NCBI RefSeq assembly: GCF_024521635.1
Contig: NW_026250405.1
Location: forward strand, 62,001 to 126,000
Direction: 5' to 3'
DNA from: Tricharina praecox
Taxonomy: Eukaryota
Length of the DNA stretch: 64,000 nt
This document shows, in pieces, positions 26,782-38,894 of this stretch; the stretch's first letter is position 1; every line of letters starts with the position of its first letter. The position numbers and the translations under genes are program-made. Under the pieces are notes generated by a model. The model was given only the letters and a program-made list of their open reading frames with translations, was not told where the DNA came from and ran no database searches.

Positions 26782-28017
26782 TTGCATCCTACGGTCCTAC
26801 CAGCGACAAAAAAGGTTCATTGAACCAGGGGATGCGCTTTTTGGCATATTCCTTTTTTTCCTTCATTCTTTTCAGCTTGTCCCCTTGGGATCTCATTCAT
26901 TCTTTCCTTTCCTTCTCGTTTTCTCATTCCTTCTGATTTTCTCTTTCCCAAAAGTTTCCTCAAACGTTCCCCCAAAAGTTCTACATGCGGCAGCACATTC
27001 GTTGACAGGAGGTTAGAGTACAAAAAAAATGGCGTGTCACAAATGGAGCTGTCGCTTTCCTTTCGTAATTCATTCATTCCCCTTCCCTTACCTTCTTTTA
27101 CCATATCGTTTTCCTTTTCCTTTTTCCTTTTTCCTTTTGCTTTTACGACTACGACAACGGCGGTTACAGATATCCTCTTCTTTTACGGGCATGTAACATC
27201 ACATCACTCTTTTACGGGGGCTTGAGGTTTTGTTCTTGTGTATAGAATTGGATTGGATTGGATGGGGCTGGGTGGTGGGCACTGGGCGTTCTGTTCTGTT
27301 TTGTATGGTTTGTTTGGTTTGGTTTGGTTGGCTTTGGGCAGGCTGTACTGTAACTACATAACTTCTTACCTACATAATTAACTCTACAGAAGAAAAAAAG
27401 TGTTGTCTGAAGGTGTGATCATTGGTGTGATCATTGATGTGATGTAGTGTGCTGAGGGTAGTGGTAATAACAATTTCGGGAATCGGCATTGACCGGACTG
27501 CTATCTACTATGTTGAGTAGATATAGGGAGGGGAGCGCAGGATCACCAGACAAACGCTCGGACCGGCCTACATAAAAAACTGGGTTTTGTGTAACCCAGC
27601 TCGTGCGATGTGGGTGATGTCGAGTCAGATATTGTGCATCAATTCAAGACGCGGAGCACAACGTACCTACTTTAGTATCTACCATGGATAGTAAAGCGGT
27701 GGTAACAGCACCATAGACTCGGTAAAGGTCACAATGAACTATCTACAGGATTATATCATATTAGTAGGTAGGTGTTGACAGTGTTGCACGTGACGATGTA
27801 CGTGGAGCCGTTAGAATTCATCAAGAACAGAATAGGTAGAATCAGTAAGAGAAGCCATACGAGCCACGATAACGTGATTCAATTGACTTGCCAAAGAAAG
27901 AAAAGAAAGAAAAGAAATTGAACACGGATACAGAAAAACTCGTTAAAGCCTCCAAAGAGAGAAAAAGAAAAAACCCTTCGAACAAGACGATGACTGAGCA
28001 AAGAAGAAAGGAAAGAA

Positions 28018-31000
28018 TTAGTACTTGTACTTCTTCTTATCCTTCTTCTTCTTGTAGTCGCCGTCTTCATCCTCGTCCTCGGATCCTCCTCCTCCATACT
28101 TCTTCTCGGACTTCTCCTTGTACTTCTTGTCCTTCTTTTTGTACCCGTGCTCCTCCTCGTCCTCGCCGCCAGAGTAATCCTTCTCCTTGTACTTCTTCTC
28201 TTTCTCCTTCTTCTTGCCGCGGTCCTCGTCATCGCCCTCGTCATCCTCATCGTCGTACTTTTTCTCCTTCTTCTTCTCCTTCTTCTTGCCCCACTCCTCA
28301 TCGTCGTCTTCTCCGTCACCGTCCTCGTCCTTAAACTTCTTCTTCTTCTCCTTCTTCTCCTTCTTTTTCTTTCCGTACTCTTCGTCTTCATCCTCATCAC
28401 CATCGTCGTCGTAAGACTTCTTCTTATCTTTCTTTTCCTTTTTCTTCTTTTCGTACCCCTCATCCTCGTCTTCGTCCTCAGGCCTATACTCCCTATCACC
28501 AGACTCATACTTCTTCCCCTTCTTCCCCTTCTCCTTCTCCTTCTTCTTGTCCTTGGACTTCTTACCATCCTCCTCCTCCTCCTCCTCCTCGTCGTTCTTC
28601 TCGTCGCCACCCTTCTTCTTCTTCTTGTCTTTCTTCTTCTTGTCCTCCTTCTCACGCAACACGTTAGACGATGAACCATGGCCATAACCCGGGGAATGTG
28701 CAGAATAGGGGTGAGAGTGGGAGAGGAAGGTAGAGGGAGGAGAAGAGTATTTATGAGTAGTACCTCGTCGGCCATAGCCCCCTTCGTTCCCGCCGCCGCC
28801 GTAATCCTGCCGCTCACCGCCGTAAGAATACTCGACGTCGCGGCCCCGCCCGCCATCGCGCCCATCAGAGTACTGCTGCTGCTGCCCGTATAAGCGCTCC
28901 GGCTGCTCGTAGGAACGCTCCGGTTGCTCGTAAGATCGCTCCGGCCGCATGTAGCCATCTTGCCGTCCGCTGTCGTCGTATTCCCATGAGGGCTGGTCAC
29001 TGGGCTCGTATTCCCGTCTGCTTTCGTACCGTGTTTCTTCTTCTGGCTCGCGCCCACTTTCGCGGTAGCGTTCAGTGGTGCGTGAGTACTCGGGGGTTTC
29101 ATACGACTCACGTGTAGAGTAGGAGGAGCGCTCGTCACCACCACCGTATGACGATGTCTGTTCATAGCTGGAGTACTCCTGCCGGGAGGAGGAGTAGGAC
29201 TCTTGGTGGGAGGAGTAGGACTCTGAGCGGGATTGTCCGCCGCCGCTGCCGCCGCCACTGCCGCTCTCGCCGAGGCGCTGGCTGATTGCGCCGCCGAGAA
29301 GGCTGCCAAGCATGCCGCCGAGTCCACTGTCACCGCCCTTCTTGCCGCCGCTGAGTGCGTTCTCCAGAGCCATGCCGACAGATTCGCCGACGGCTCCACC
29401 GATGTCACCGCCTCGGTTCTTAGGCTTGCTGCGGTGGATGGGTGCACCGCATCCGTGGCCGGAGTCGTGAGCTCCCGCCTTGTGGTTCTTTCCCTGCTGA
29501 ACACCGTCGCGTGACAGATGAGCGCGCAGATCCTCCTGCTGGTGCGAATCCTTAGAGCTCCACCATTCCTCGACAACCGCGAACATCATCTGGCGTCCCT
29601 CAACACCAGGACGTCCGTCCTCGCCGTTGCGGAAAGCGGGATGGTGGAAGACACCGCCGATGATCTCGTCACAGACCTGGTTGGGGTCAATTCCTTCGTC
29701 GTCCCAGGCATTCATGAGAAGGGGAACGGCGAATTTAAGGACTGCCGAGGCGACCTTTCCGGCTGGCTCGTTGAGGAGGTTGGTGAAGTGATCCTTAGAC
29801 AGCATGGAGTGGGTGGGGTTGCTGGAGTTGTCGTCATCAAACACGATGTGCTGCTGGGCCTCCGAGGAGGCAATAACTTCACTGCTACCGGTCTTCAGCT
29901 CGTTGCTGGCTTGCTTGATGACTGGTAGGATATAAGGCGCCAACAGGCAGAAGACAAAGACAGAGACAGCTTCGGCAAGCTTCTCCATGACCATGTCCAA
30001 TCCGACGCTCTCGAGGGCTTGGTTAATGCTGCGCATCAACTCGTCGTGGAACTCAAGGAAGGGATATATGTCCTTTCCGAGCTGCTTGGCGTCCTGCGAG
30101 AGGCCAAAGGGCGAGCCGTTCTCGGTAGCCTCCTTCTGGGCATCAGACTTCTGCTTGAGCTCAGAAGTCTTGCTGTCGATGTCGTCCTTTCCGCCGATGT
30201 TGAGCTTGCTCATCAGATCGCGAATAATGGACTGCTCGTCATCGCTCTGTCCAGTCTGCTGGGCCTCGGAGATGGTGTGTTCGAGCTGTGAAATCTCGCT
30301 CTGCAATGCCTTGTCGTTGACCTCGCCCAAAACCGAGTGCAAGAAGTCGACACCACCGAAAGTACCAGTAACAAGAGGCCAGATTTCTCTGCCCTGAACG
30401 TTGACCATGGTGTTGGCACCCACGTGAGGGAAGACGTCGTACTCTCCTAGCTCGATGAGCGCGAGCTCGGTGTAATTGGAGTGGGCGCTGAAATCTGTCA
30501 CATCGTCAGCATACGTCTACGTAGGGGGGGGGGGGGGGGGGGGGGAGGATATAGATATATACCCTCAATACAATGCAGTCCGGTTCCCATCAATCGAAAA
30601 GCCTCAAAGAGGTCTTCTTCCCTACCATTCCGAGCGTACTGGCGTCCTAGCGCGATGGACCGCGAAAACAGAGACCTCAACATCTGGGCTGCAACTACAT
30701 TAGTATGTCCTCCCTCGAACCCTCCAACCCATTCGCAGCAAAAAAAAACTCACCACTAGTAACCATGTCTTCACCGTTCGAGAGCCGTCTGCCCTCGGTT
30801 GCGATGTAGTTCTTCAGTCCGGTCTCGGGATCGATAGCAAGCTCCACTTCCTCGTCAACGGGCCCGCGGAGAGCTGAGTGCATATCCCTGGCATCGTTGT
30901 TGTCGTTGTAGTCCTTGGGGTTATCGATATGCTCTTCGGGGCGGTAACATCCCAAGCGCTCAGCAGTAACCTCGAACTCGCGGGTCGCGTATCCGAAAGT

Positions 31001-31460
31001 CATAAACGACAGAACCCAGAGCTATGTACCCCACCATTAGCATCCCAACCCCACCAACCCCACCAACCCCGGACACAAGAAAGAAGAACGTACAAGAATC
31101 CGCACAGTCTCGGCCTCGACGTACTTGAGCGCACCGGTGTCGATGGCCTGAGAGTAGTCGCGCAGCCAGTTTCCGAAGTAAATTCGCTTCACGTCCATGT
31201 TGCTGAATTTGCGTCGTTGACCGCCGGCAGCGCCGGCCGCCAGGAAGAGCTGCAGAAGCGTGTCCTCGAGATCACCATGGCGCCAGTTTTGACCTGGATG
31301 AATCAGTACCAGAAAGACGAGGAGGGGTATGATGGTACGTACCCTCGATCTTGGAGATACTGGCGATGTTGCCGGCACCAAAGGCGGCAGCTGGGGTACA
31401 GTAGAGTGCTAGGCATAAAAGCAGCACAGGGAAGAGTGTAGTATGGGATGTAAGCCCCAT
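28018..31460 (-). CDS. het-c: Het-C family protein (HET-C/HCH/TinC-like) with signal peptide; two possible C-termini (stop at 28562 or 28018)
   Basis: AFGAGNIASIS, NWRHGDLED, KRIYFGNWLRDYSQAID, LGCYRPEEHIDNPKDY, GLHCIEDFSAHSNYTEL, PTHSMLSKDHF motifs over 5 exons; Gly-rich tail. Confidence 0.92.
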
Positions 31461-32350
31461 GATGAATTAAGTTGTGTTGCTTCTCTGTGTGTGTGGATGA
31501 ATCTGTCTGTGTGTGTATGGGAGTACGATGCAAAGGGAGTTGATGGTGATGAATATGGGGAGGAGAGGGATGGGAATGGAGAAGGAGATAGATGGAGATG
31601 GAGGAAAGGGGGATGGGAGCTATCTATCCTCTGCTCCACTCTACTTTTCCCAAGCACGCAGCGACTCGAGCCAGCAAGAGAGCATCTCTGCTAAGTGCTA
31701 AGTGCTTCCGTTCCCTGGCCGATTTCCCTCGACTGCGTGTAGAAGCGGGGGGCTCGCAAAGAAAGAGGGGCAATCGATCGTTGCTCTCAGATGCGCGATC
31801 CCACGTACGTCATTAGCTGCAACGCCTGTAACCACACCAACACCAAAACGTGCAGCCCGTGCATGGAAGTGGCGAATCATGATACCTAGCTTTTCCGCCT
31901 TTATGGCATCCAATTCGCTAGGTGATGGGAAGGATGGTCTCGGCTTGTTTGACGGTGTCGTTAGGAATGCTCGGATTGCTTTGCTGCCGATATTACCGTA
32001 GGCGCTGCTGACGCCTGTATCACCATGCGCGGGGTTGGTTCACCGTTCACGGAAGGCGAGCAACGGATTCGCTGCAGATATGGATATGAGTTTCATGGGA
32101 TGGATTGTGATGGATCATGGATGTAGATATGGACGCAAACATCAGGGCTCCGGGCTTTGGGCTCTTGACTCGCGGGTTCACTGAGACAAATGGCGTTGAC
32201 AGGTCATGCACACATGAAACTAAATCGCCATTTAAATGTAACTCCAACTTTATAGAGATCCATCCCGAACAAGCAAGAAGAAAACGCTACGATGCCGACC
32301 TACAGGTATCACCTCTCCACGACCCCGTCACCAGTAACACACAAGGGGAA

Positions 32351-34227
32351 CTAGCTCGGAGAAGCAGGCGGGAAGTAGTCGCCGTGAATCACGCGAACCT
32401 CATCGGGGGTGGCATCCATCTTGCGTTTCTCGTAGGCCTCCTTGCGTTGCAACGAACCCTCTGGGCCCGGGTCTTCGCCGTACGCTGGATCTCCGTCGAC
32501 TCGGTCGAGGACGATGGTGGGTGCTCTTCTGCGGCCCATGGGCCTTCCGTCGTCGCCGATCCGTATCTCGTCCGGCTGCGCGTCCATCTTTCGCTTCTCG
32601 AACGCTTCCTTCCGCTGCAGAGATCCGTCTGGGCCAGGGTCCTCACCATAGCTGGGGAGCTCGTCGACTTTGTCGATGACGATCGAGGGAGCACGCTTGC
32701 GGCCAATCGGCTTCTCAAAAGATGGGTCGTCGTCTGGAATATCGAGGGAAGTGGACAACTTGAGATTATCAAGACTCTTGAGGATATCCGGATAATATTT
32801 CCCTCCGACATCGGTGTGCGACTGTGCTTCTGGTCAGCTGGGCTAGTTCGGGAGAGTTTAAACACGGCTGTAATACCTTGACCCGGTTGGTGAGAGTAGC
32901 ATCGCCCAGCCTCTCAAACATATCACTCCTGAAAGTCATCTCGACATCGTTGCCCATAACCTGTTTCTTCAGCTTCCGCACCTCCTCCGGAACTTCCATG
33001 CTCTCGAATCGGGCGTCATAGCTGATACCTTGGAAGAAAGGAATCGAGTACCGCGGACCCTCGCCGGCAGCAGGGGAGAGTACGCGGTGGGTGGTCGAGG
33101 CAATCACACCACCGGTGATAGCTTCCAAACCTTGTCCCATAGCAACAACAAAGGTCCCGTCTATTGGTGGGCAGGAGATCCAAGCGCCTTCTGAGTTCTG
33201 AACCTGGAGATTATTGTGCGGTGGTACCTGGAGTAGGTAGGAGGAGAGCATTGAGTCTAAACTGTCAGTATTATTAAACGATTTGAGTAGTACGGATAGC
33301 TCCACCCATAAACGTGGCAATGGCGAGCTTTCCGAAAGGCAGGTATGAAAGGGGGTACCTTTGTGTGGTCCTACTATTCGGTCAAATCAGCTAATCGCTC
33401 AAAATTGAGGTTTGGGAAGTACACACCGCCTTGAGCACTCTCTCCATCCTGCTGAAGCTCCTCCATGTCCGGGTACTTGACGAGCTTCAGCTTATCTTGC
33501 CTCTTGGTTCCGCTCGCACTCTCTCCGATTCCTTCGAAGAACCGCTCGAAAGCATTCGTTGGAAGTCCGACAGCTTCGGCGATCTTAAAACTCAAGTTAG
33601 CCCCTCTCCATCGAACAATGCAGGCTCGAATATCGACATACCAACGATGTAAAGTCGGTGCTCAGCTCACCCATCTGCTCGATGTACTCTTCGATTGTCT
33701 TCCTGAACCCGGGAATGAGATCGTCTTTCGGCCATTGATTCGGTCCTCGCAACTTGCGATATCGGGGCTCGTCGTCCGAAGGGGAGGGAAGCTCGGTAGC
33801 AAGGTCTATCTGCTCACGGTAATCGGTCGCGTGCTTCGTTCTGTACGTGTACTTCAGTAATCAGGACTCGACCGGTTCACAGGCATGAGGAGGTGACGCA
33901 CATCTCGTTGCCAAGTTTCGAGTATCCCAAGAAGTGGGGAGCTGTAAAGCATCTCACCATCAGCAGCTATTTCATCACAGATGATGAAGAGATGGACGGA
34001 CAATTCTTCATCTCCAACCGCAACTTCTCCTCTGTTGGTAGGTCAAAGAACTCCTTCGTAAGACGGATTACATCCTTAACGAGCTGTGCATCGACGTCGG
34101 TGTTCTTGATGTAGAGGAATCCGACCTCGAGCAGCGCCTTCCTGAGATCCTCAAGGAAGGCGGGCTTCGTCGCGGGGTCTTTAGCGAGGGAGAGGTCGAG
34201 GATTGGGACCTCGGTGAAGGACGACAT
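32351..34227 (-). CDS. 2-oxoglutarate/Fe(II) dioxygenase (IPNS/DIOX_N family) with C-terminal duplicated motif
   Basis: VPILDLS..ALLEVGFLYIKN; the H-x-D (GPHKD) is split by a micro-exon near 33359-33374; STTHRV and RYSIPFF; last intron 32876-32823 reads in frame into ORF 32351-32758. Confidence 0.85.
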
Positions 34228-34735
34228 GGTTGATCGAGGGAGGTGATCGGGCTGGGGGAGGGAGCTATCTACGGAGTTGGTGCGGTGGTGGTGGAGAGTG
34301 GGATGATGGGATGAAATGATAACCTCGTGCTCTTGCCTCTTCTTCGTCTCTTTCTTCTTCTTAGAACTCTTCCGCTGCGGTCTGTCTCTATCTCTCGCTC
34401 GTCACGCTGTCCCTCCCCGCTTTTCTTTGTGTTGAAGCGTTCCCCGTTTCTATGCACGCCCACAGCACAGCCCCACTCCGCTGTCGGATGCTGCCAATCA
34501 TGCCGATCCCCTGAATGACAAATCGGGAAATACAAGCGACCAACGCCGACCATATCGAGAGGTGAGGGATGCTGGCTTGGCTGGCTGGCTGGCGGGAGAG
34601 AGGCGTGCGAATCCGATTGCCCCACAATTTTGCCATCATAGGTATCTACGAGCGAAAGCACCACGATTCACGGTTATGAGCAATTGGCTTGATTAGATTT
34701 CGTTGCGGAGTAACTATTAGAGCTTCCCACGTTCG

Positions 34736-36280
34736 TTACACTAACTCCACCCTTGACGAGTTCGCTAATTCCGAAGGCATGACCACCGTCGCCGGCACCG
34801 GCTGTGTTGTCGTCCGAGACCTCATCTCCATCACCGTTGGCCGAGTATCCAGCTCTTTGTCGCTGCAAGTGTCAGCCCTCTCTTTTACCTTTTGCCGCCG
34901 CAGGTTCAATGTCCTCTTCCTTTGGTAAAACACTCCCACTGCCGCAGTAGCCAGAATGATAACCGCAACGATCACACCTCCAACCACACCCCCTACATTG
35001 ATGCTCGTCTTGCCCCCCGACTTCTCCACGTCACCCAGCACAGCGACGATCTTCCGCTGCCCGTCATCCATCTTCCCAATCACCGCTGGCGCTAAACTCC
35101 AGCTCTTCCGCTCATAATCTACGAGCAGGTAGTTTTGGCTCAGATACACGCCGCCGAGAATCGGCACCACATCTCCGCTCCCATCGTCCTCGGGATCCGG
35201 CGCCACAGCAACCATGATCCTCGATGCGTTCGTAACCGTATACTTTCCCTCCTCCTGGGCGGTCCCACGTTCCTGCGACACGAGCTCATAGTGCGGGATA
35301 ACGGTTGTATGCCCATTGCTGAGCACGACCGTAAGATTCTGCATCAAATGCTCCTTACTCGGCGGATACGTCTGGTCGGTGAAGTTCGCGCCCTCGCCTG
35401 GAACATGATGCGCATGCTCTGTGATCTCCCAGAACCGCTGCGCCATCGCGCGCGTGAACGTGAACGAGTTCTGCAGCGGGTCGACACACGCGCCCACCAT
35501 CGCCGCCTGGTCCGCAAACACCGAGTGCTCGCTGCCGTTCCCCGTCGTGACGAAGATATCCTTCACAAGAACCTGTAGCGGACACGCAGACGCACGCAGA
35601 TACTCCGCGTCGACCGAGAAATTCGTCCAAGCGCCGCCGCCGCCGCCGCCGCCGTCAACGCGCGCCGCATCGTACCCGCCAATCGTCAGCGCCCCGTCCA
35701 CGCCCCTTAGCTGCGAGCGCGACCCAAAGAACAGCCCCCACACGCCACTGGGGACGACCTTCTTGCCGACTAGGCGCTGGATAAAACTTCCGTCGCGCCC
35801 CAGCGCCAGCGCGCTCTTATTATCCGAGTCACGGCGACTCCACACCTCGACCGGAAACTCGTCGATAGCGGGAACGCCCTCGAACTCAGCGCGGGCGTAC
35901 CCGCGGCTGACGCTCTCCTCGGGATCGTAGCCGTCGGTGGCAACGACACTCCAGTTCCCCGGCGGCGCGAGCCGGAAGTCCGCCGCCGACCGCGTGTCGA
36001 ACAGGCTGCCGCTGGCGCCGAGGCACCCCGTTTCCGCGGCAGTGTCGTTTCCGTTGCCGGTGCCGTAACTGCAATCGCGCGCGTTGCGGATCCGCGTGTT
36101 GGCGTATGTCGTTGTGCCGCGTAGGCCGAGGCGCTGCCCGCCCAGGAGAAGCTCGATCCCTCGGTTTATACCCACGCCGTCGGTTAGGGTGATGTTTTTC
36201 CACGGGAGGGAGACGGGGGAGGGGGAGACAGTGGATATGACGCCGAGTGGGAATAGCAGGAGGAGGAAGGGGTGGACCAT
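34736..36280 (-). CDS. Secreted/type-I membrane pepsin-like (A1 aspartic peptidase fold) protein, probably non-catalytic
   Basis: Signal peptide, GALTIGGYDAARV, PILGGVYLSQNYLLVDYE, TM helix then basic RKR; no DTG/DSG motif. Confidence 0.75.
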   Translation of the reverse strand: MVHPFLLLLFPLGVISTVSPSPVSLPWKNITLTDGVGINRGIELLLGGQRLGLRGTTTYANTRIRNARDCSYGTGNGNDTAAETGCLGASGSLFDTRSAADFRLAPPGNWSVVATDGYDPEESVSRGYARAEFEGVPAIDEFPVEVWSRRDSDNKSALALGRDGSFIQRLVGKKVVPSGVWGLFFGSRSQLRGVDGALTIGGYDAARVDGGGGGGGAWTNFSVDAEYLRASACPLQVLVKDIFVTTGNGSEHSVFADQAAMVGACVDPLQNSFTFTRAMAQRFWEITEHAHHVPGEGANFTDQTYPPSKEHLMQNLTVVLSNGHTTVIPHYELVSQERGTAQEEGKYTVTNASRIMVAVAPDPEDDGSGDVVPILGGVYLSQNYLLVDYERKSWSLAPAVIGKMDDGQRKIVAVLGDVEKSGGKTSINVGGVVGGVIVAVIILATAAVGVFYQRKRTLNLRRQKVKERADTCSDKELDTRPTVMEMRSRTTTQPVPATVVMPSELANSSRVELV

Positions 36281-37203
36281 CGTGGAGGCGCGGGAATCGG
36301 TTGCGAGTGATACATCTTTGCGAACTTTTCCTTGGATGCAGCGCTGGACGGTGATACTGCGGATTTATACCGTTCCTGCGCTCCCCTTTTCCGCCCTTCC
36401 ATCCTCCTTCCCTCGTTCCATCCTTCCCTCGTTCCTACCCCCACCGTATTTTATCATACATAGTGAGGTTGACTCACTGACCTAGCTTCCTCCCCAAGTT
36501 CCCGGACTCTGCAGATTGCAGATGGGTGTTTTAGGGCTGTTGAATTTTAAGCGGACATAGATATTCCACATACTACATGGTGTCACTGGAAGTGGTACCT
36601 GATTTGCTGAAGAAGCGAATTCGCGGGTTAAAGGTTTAGCCAAATAGTTATGAGCATGTATGTAGTTCTGATGCATGCGCAACTTTCGCTTGCACATACG
36701 GCGCACACAGCCCCCGGAGGGCCGGGGCACCGCCACTGCGCACTCTATATACCGTACTCGAGCACACATACATACAAATACTATATATTAAAGCCTGTAG
36801 GCTGTCCCTTGAATCTTCCTCATAACCGAGAGGTCACGCCCAATTGCATGGAGCGGTGGGACACGTGGTGGGTGTTTGCAAGGTCGGCGTCGGCGAGAAG
36901 ATAAGCACTGGTGGGTTTTAAAGTACCTCAGTTCGATTCAAGGGAGAGGACATATGTAGAGTAATCTACTGTATGCACCCCAAGCAAGCCGGGGCAAACG
37001 CTTGACTACTCGCTCGCTCTGTGCGCTCATTACATCGTGTGTATCATACTCTAGTCGAGTCCGGCTTTGCTTCAAACACCCCTCTATCCATGATCCATCC
37101 CGGATATGTACCGTAGCTGTTCCAATATTCCATGCCCTCCTGCCACTTCCCCACTGCACTCGTCCCCGGCAAAGTCCAACCAAGAGCCCAAGACATGTAA
37201 GCA

Positions 37204-38894
37204 TCAATTCTCCGGTTTCCGCCCATAAGCGACATAGCTGTACCCCAGCCCGTCAGCTCTCGCCAAGTTCCAACCATAGTTATCCACAACCTCCCCGGCA
37301 ATCCAGTGGGCCAACTCACAAACGGTTGTAGATATGATTATTCCGGTCCTTGGCTACGTCCGTCGCCAGACGAACGCGCCTTTCGGCCTCTGCGGGATCC
37401 ATCTTCAGGATTCGAGTGAATGCGGCGAGCGAGTAGGCTTGCAGTCCTACTTCCAACTATGGGGGTGTGAGAATCGAGTGGGGGCTAAAGCTGGGGAGTG
37501 GCTGGGGCTGGGAAAGAAAGGTAGGTACCATCATCAATGTCATTGCACCGAGCTGCTTGAGCCTTTCCGCCATGTCATGTAAGCATCTACTCGGACGGAA
37601 CGGTGGAAAGGGGTGGGTGGATGTATTATGTATTGGACTATACATACTTCTTATCCTTCGGCCACGGCCCCAGCGGCTGCTTGTAACACACCTCGGTGAC
37701 ATCCACGAACCCCGCCTGTTCCAGCCGCTCCTTGAGCACGCCGGGCTGCGGAAACGTCCGGCCGATCTGTGACATTGCGTCGACGATCATGTCGAAGGAG
37801 GCGCGCAGAGGATTGTCTTCCGGGATGTGGCCGTCCGCTGAGTAACCTGCGGTCAATGTGCTCGCGGTTAGTGGGTGCGTGCTCTGCGTAGGAGGAAGTA
37901 CTGGGACGAACAGGTGCAGCCGAGCTCGGCGGTCTCGATGTAGCCGCCGGGTGTCAGACACCTGTGGTGGCGGTAGCTGGTCGTCAGCGGAGTTTTTGTG
38001 ATTGGTGGAGAAGTGGTGGGAGGACGAACCGATATGCCTCTGCCAGCACCGTGGACCAGCTGGATATACTCGCGGTAATGTTGCGCAGGTGTATGAAGCC
38101 GAATGTTTCCTGACAGGCCGTGAGTAAGTTGGAGATGTAGGAATAGATGGTGTATGTATGTAGGTACTGCATACCGAATCGTACGTCCACTCTTGTTCTG
38201 CATCGTCTACCATGAATCGACTGGCGGGTATGGTGAGCAAGACTCCTACAGCGGGGGAGCATGCAGGTTTGGCAACTTACCAGTTCGGCGGAACCCTAGT
38301 TTTCAGACGCTGTTAACATGGCCGTTTGATATTTACATCCGGATTCAAGACCGCAAGCTCACCAGACAGGTTGAATTGGCCTGCGTACACCATCAGCATC
38401 CCCCAGTCAGTCGTATGGGTTTTCGGGTATCTTACGTAAGATCCATTCCAATGACCTCCGCATCTTCATAAGTGTCCGCCATATCAATCGCCCAAATCCC
38501 GGTTCCAGTTCCGACATCCAATATTCTCCCCGGCTTGTTTCCAATCGGCGCGTTGTGCAGCCGTCCGTCCATCATGTTGAGGAATATCTGGTGGTGGAGG
38601 TCCAAGCGGTCTTGCTCGATCTACTAAGACGACAGACGGGGCTGTTAGCAGCGAAGTCGGCGGTTGGAAGGGGGGGGGGAGAGTGCTGGCCTGCCTCGTC
38701 GGTAGGGAGAAGATTTTTGTCTTCCCCATAGTAGGTGTGGTAGCGGCGGCCTGGCCGTGGAGAACAGGTCAGGTCAATCGAAGAACCTCAGCTCGGCCCG
38801 GCAATACGCGCGGCCGCGAAGGTATGGATCACTATGTACCGTTCTCGAATATGTGCTCGTTGATCGAGTCCGTCAAGCTCTCAGTTTGGCACAT
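37204..38894 (-). CDS. SAM-dependent methyltransferase (LaeA/TAM-like family), multi-intron
   Basis: SINEHIFENG|RRYH, EQDRLDLHH, RILDVGTGTGIWAIDMAD, PIQPVW|VPPNC, GPWPKDK, YVAYGRKPEN*; start uncertain. Confidence 0.85.

Noticed and set aside
27879..29576. 565-aa Arg/Thr-rich ORF overlapping het-c in the third frame
   Set aside because: By-product of purine-rich low-complexity codons; no splice path into it was found
30524..30546. Long poly-G tract
   Set aside because: Lies inside a het-c intron (poly-C on the sense strand); simple homopolymer
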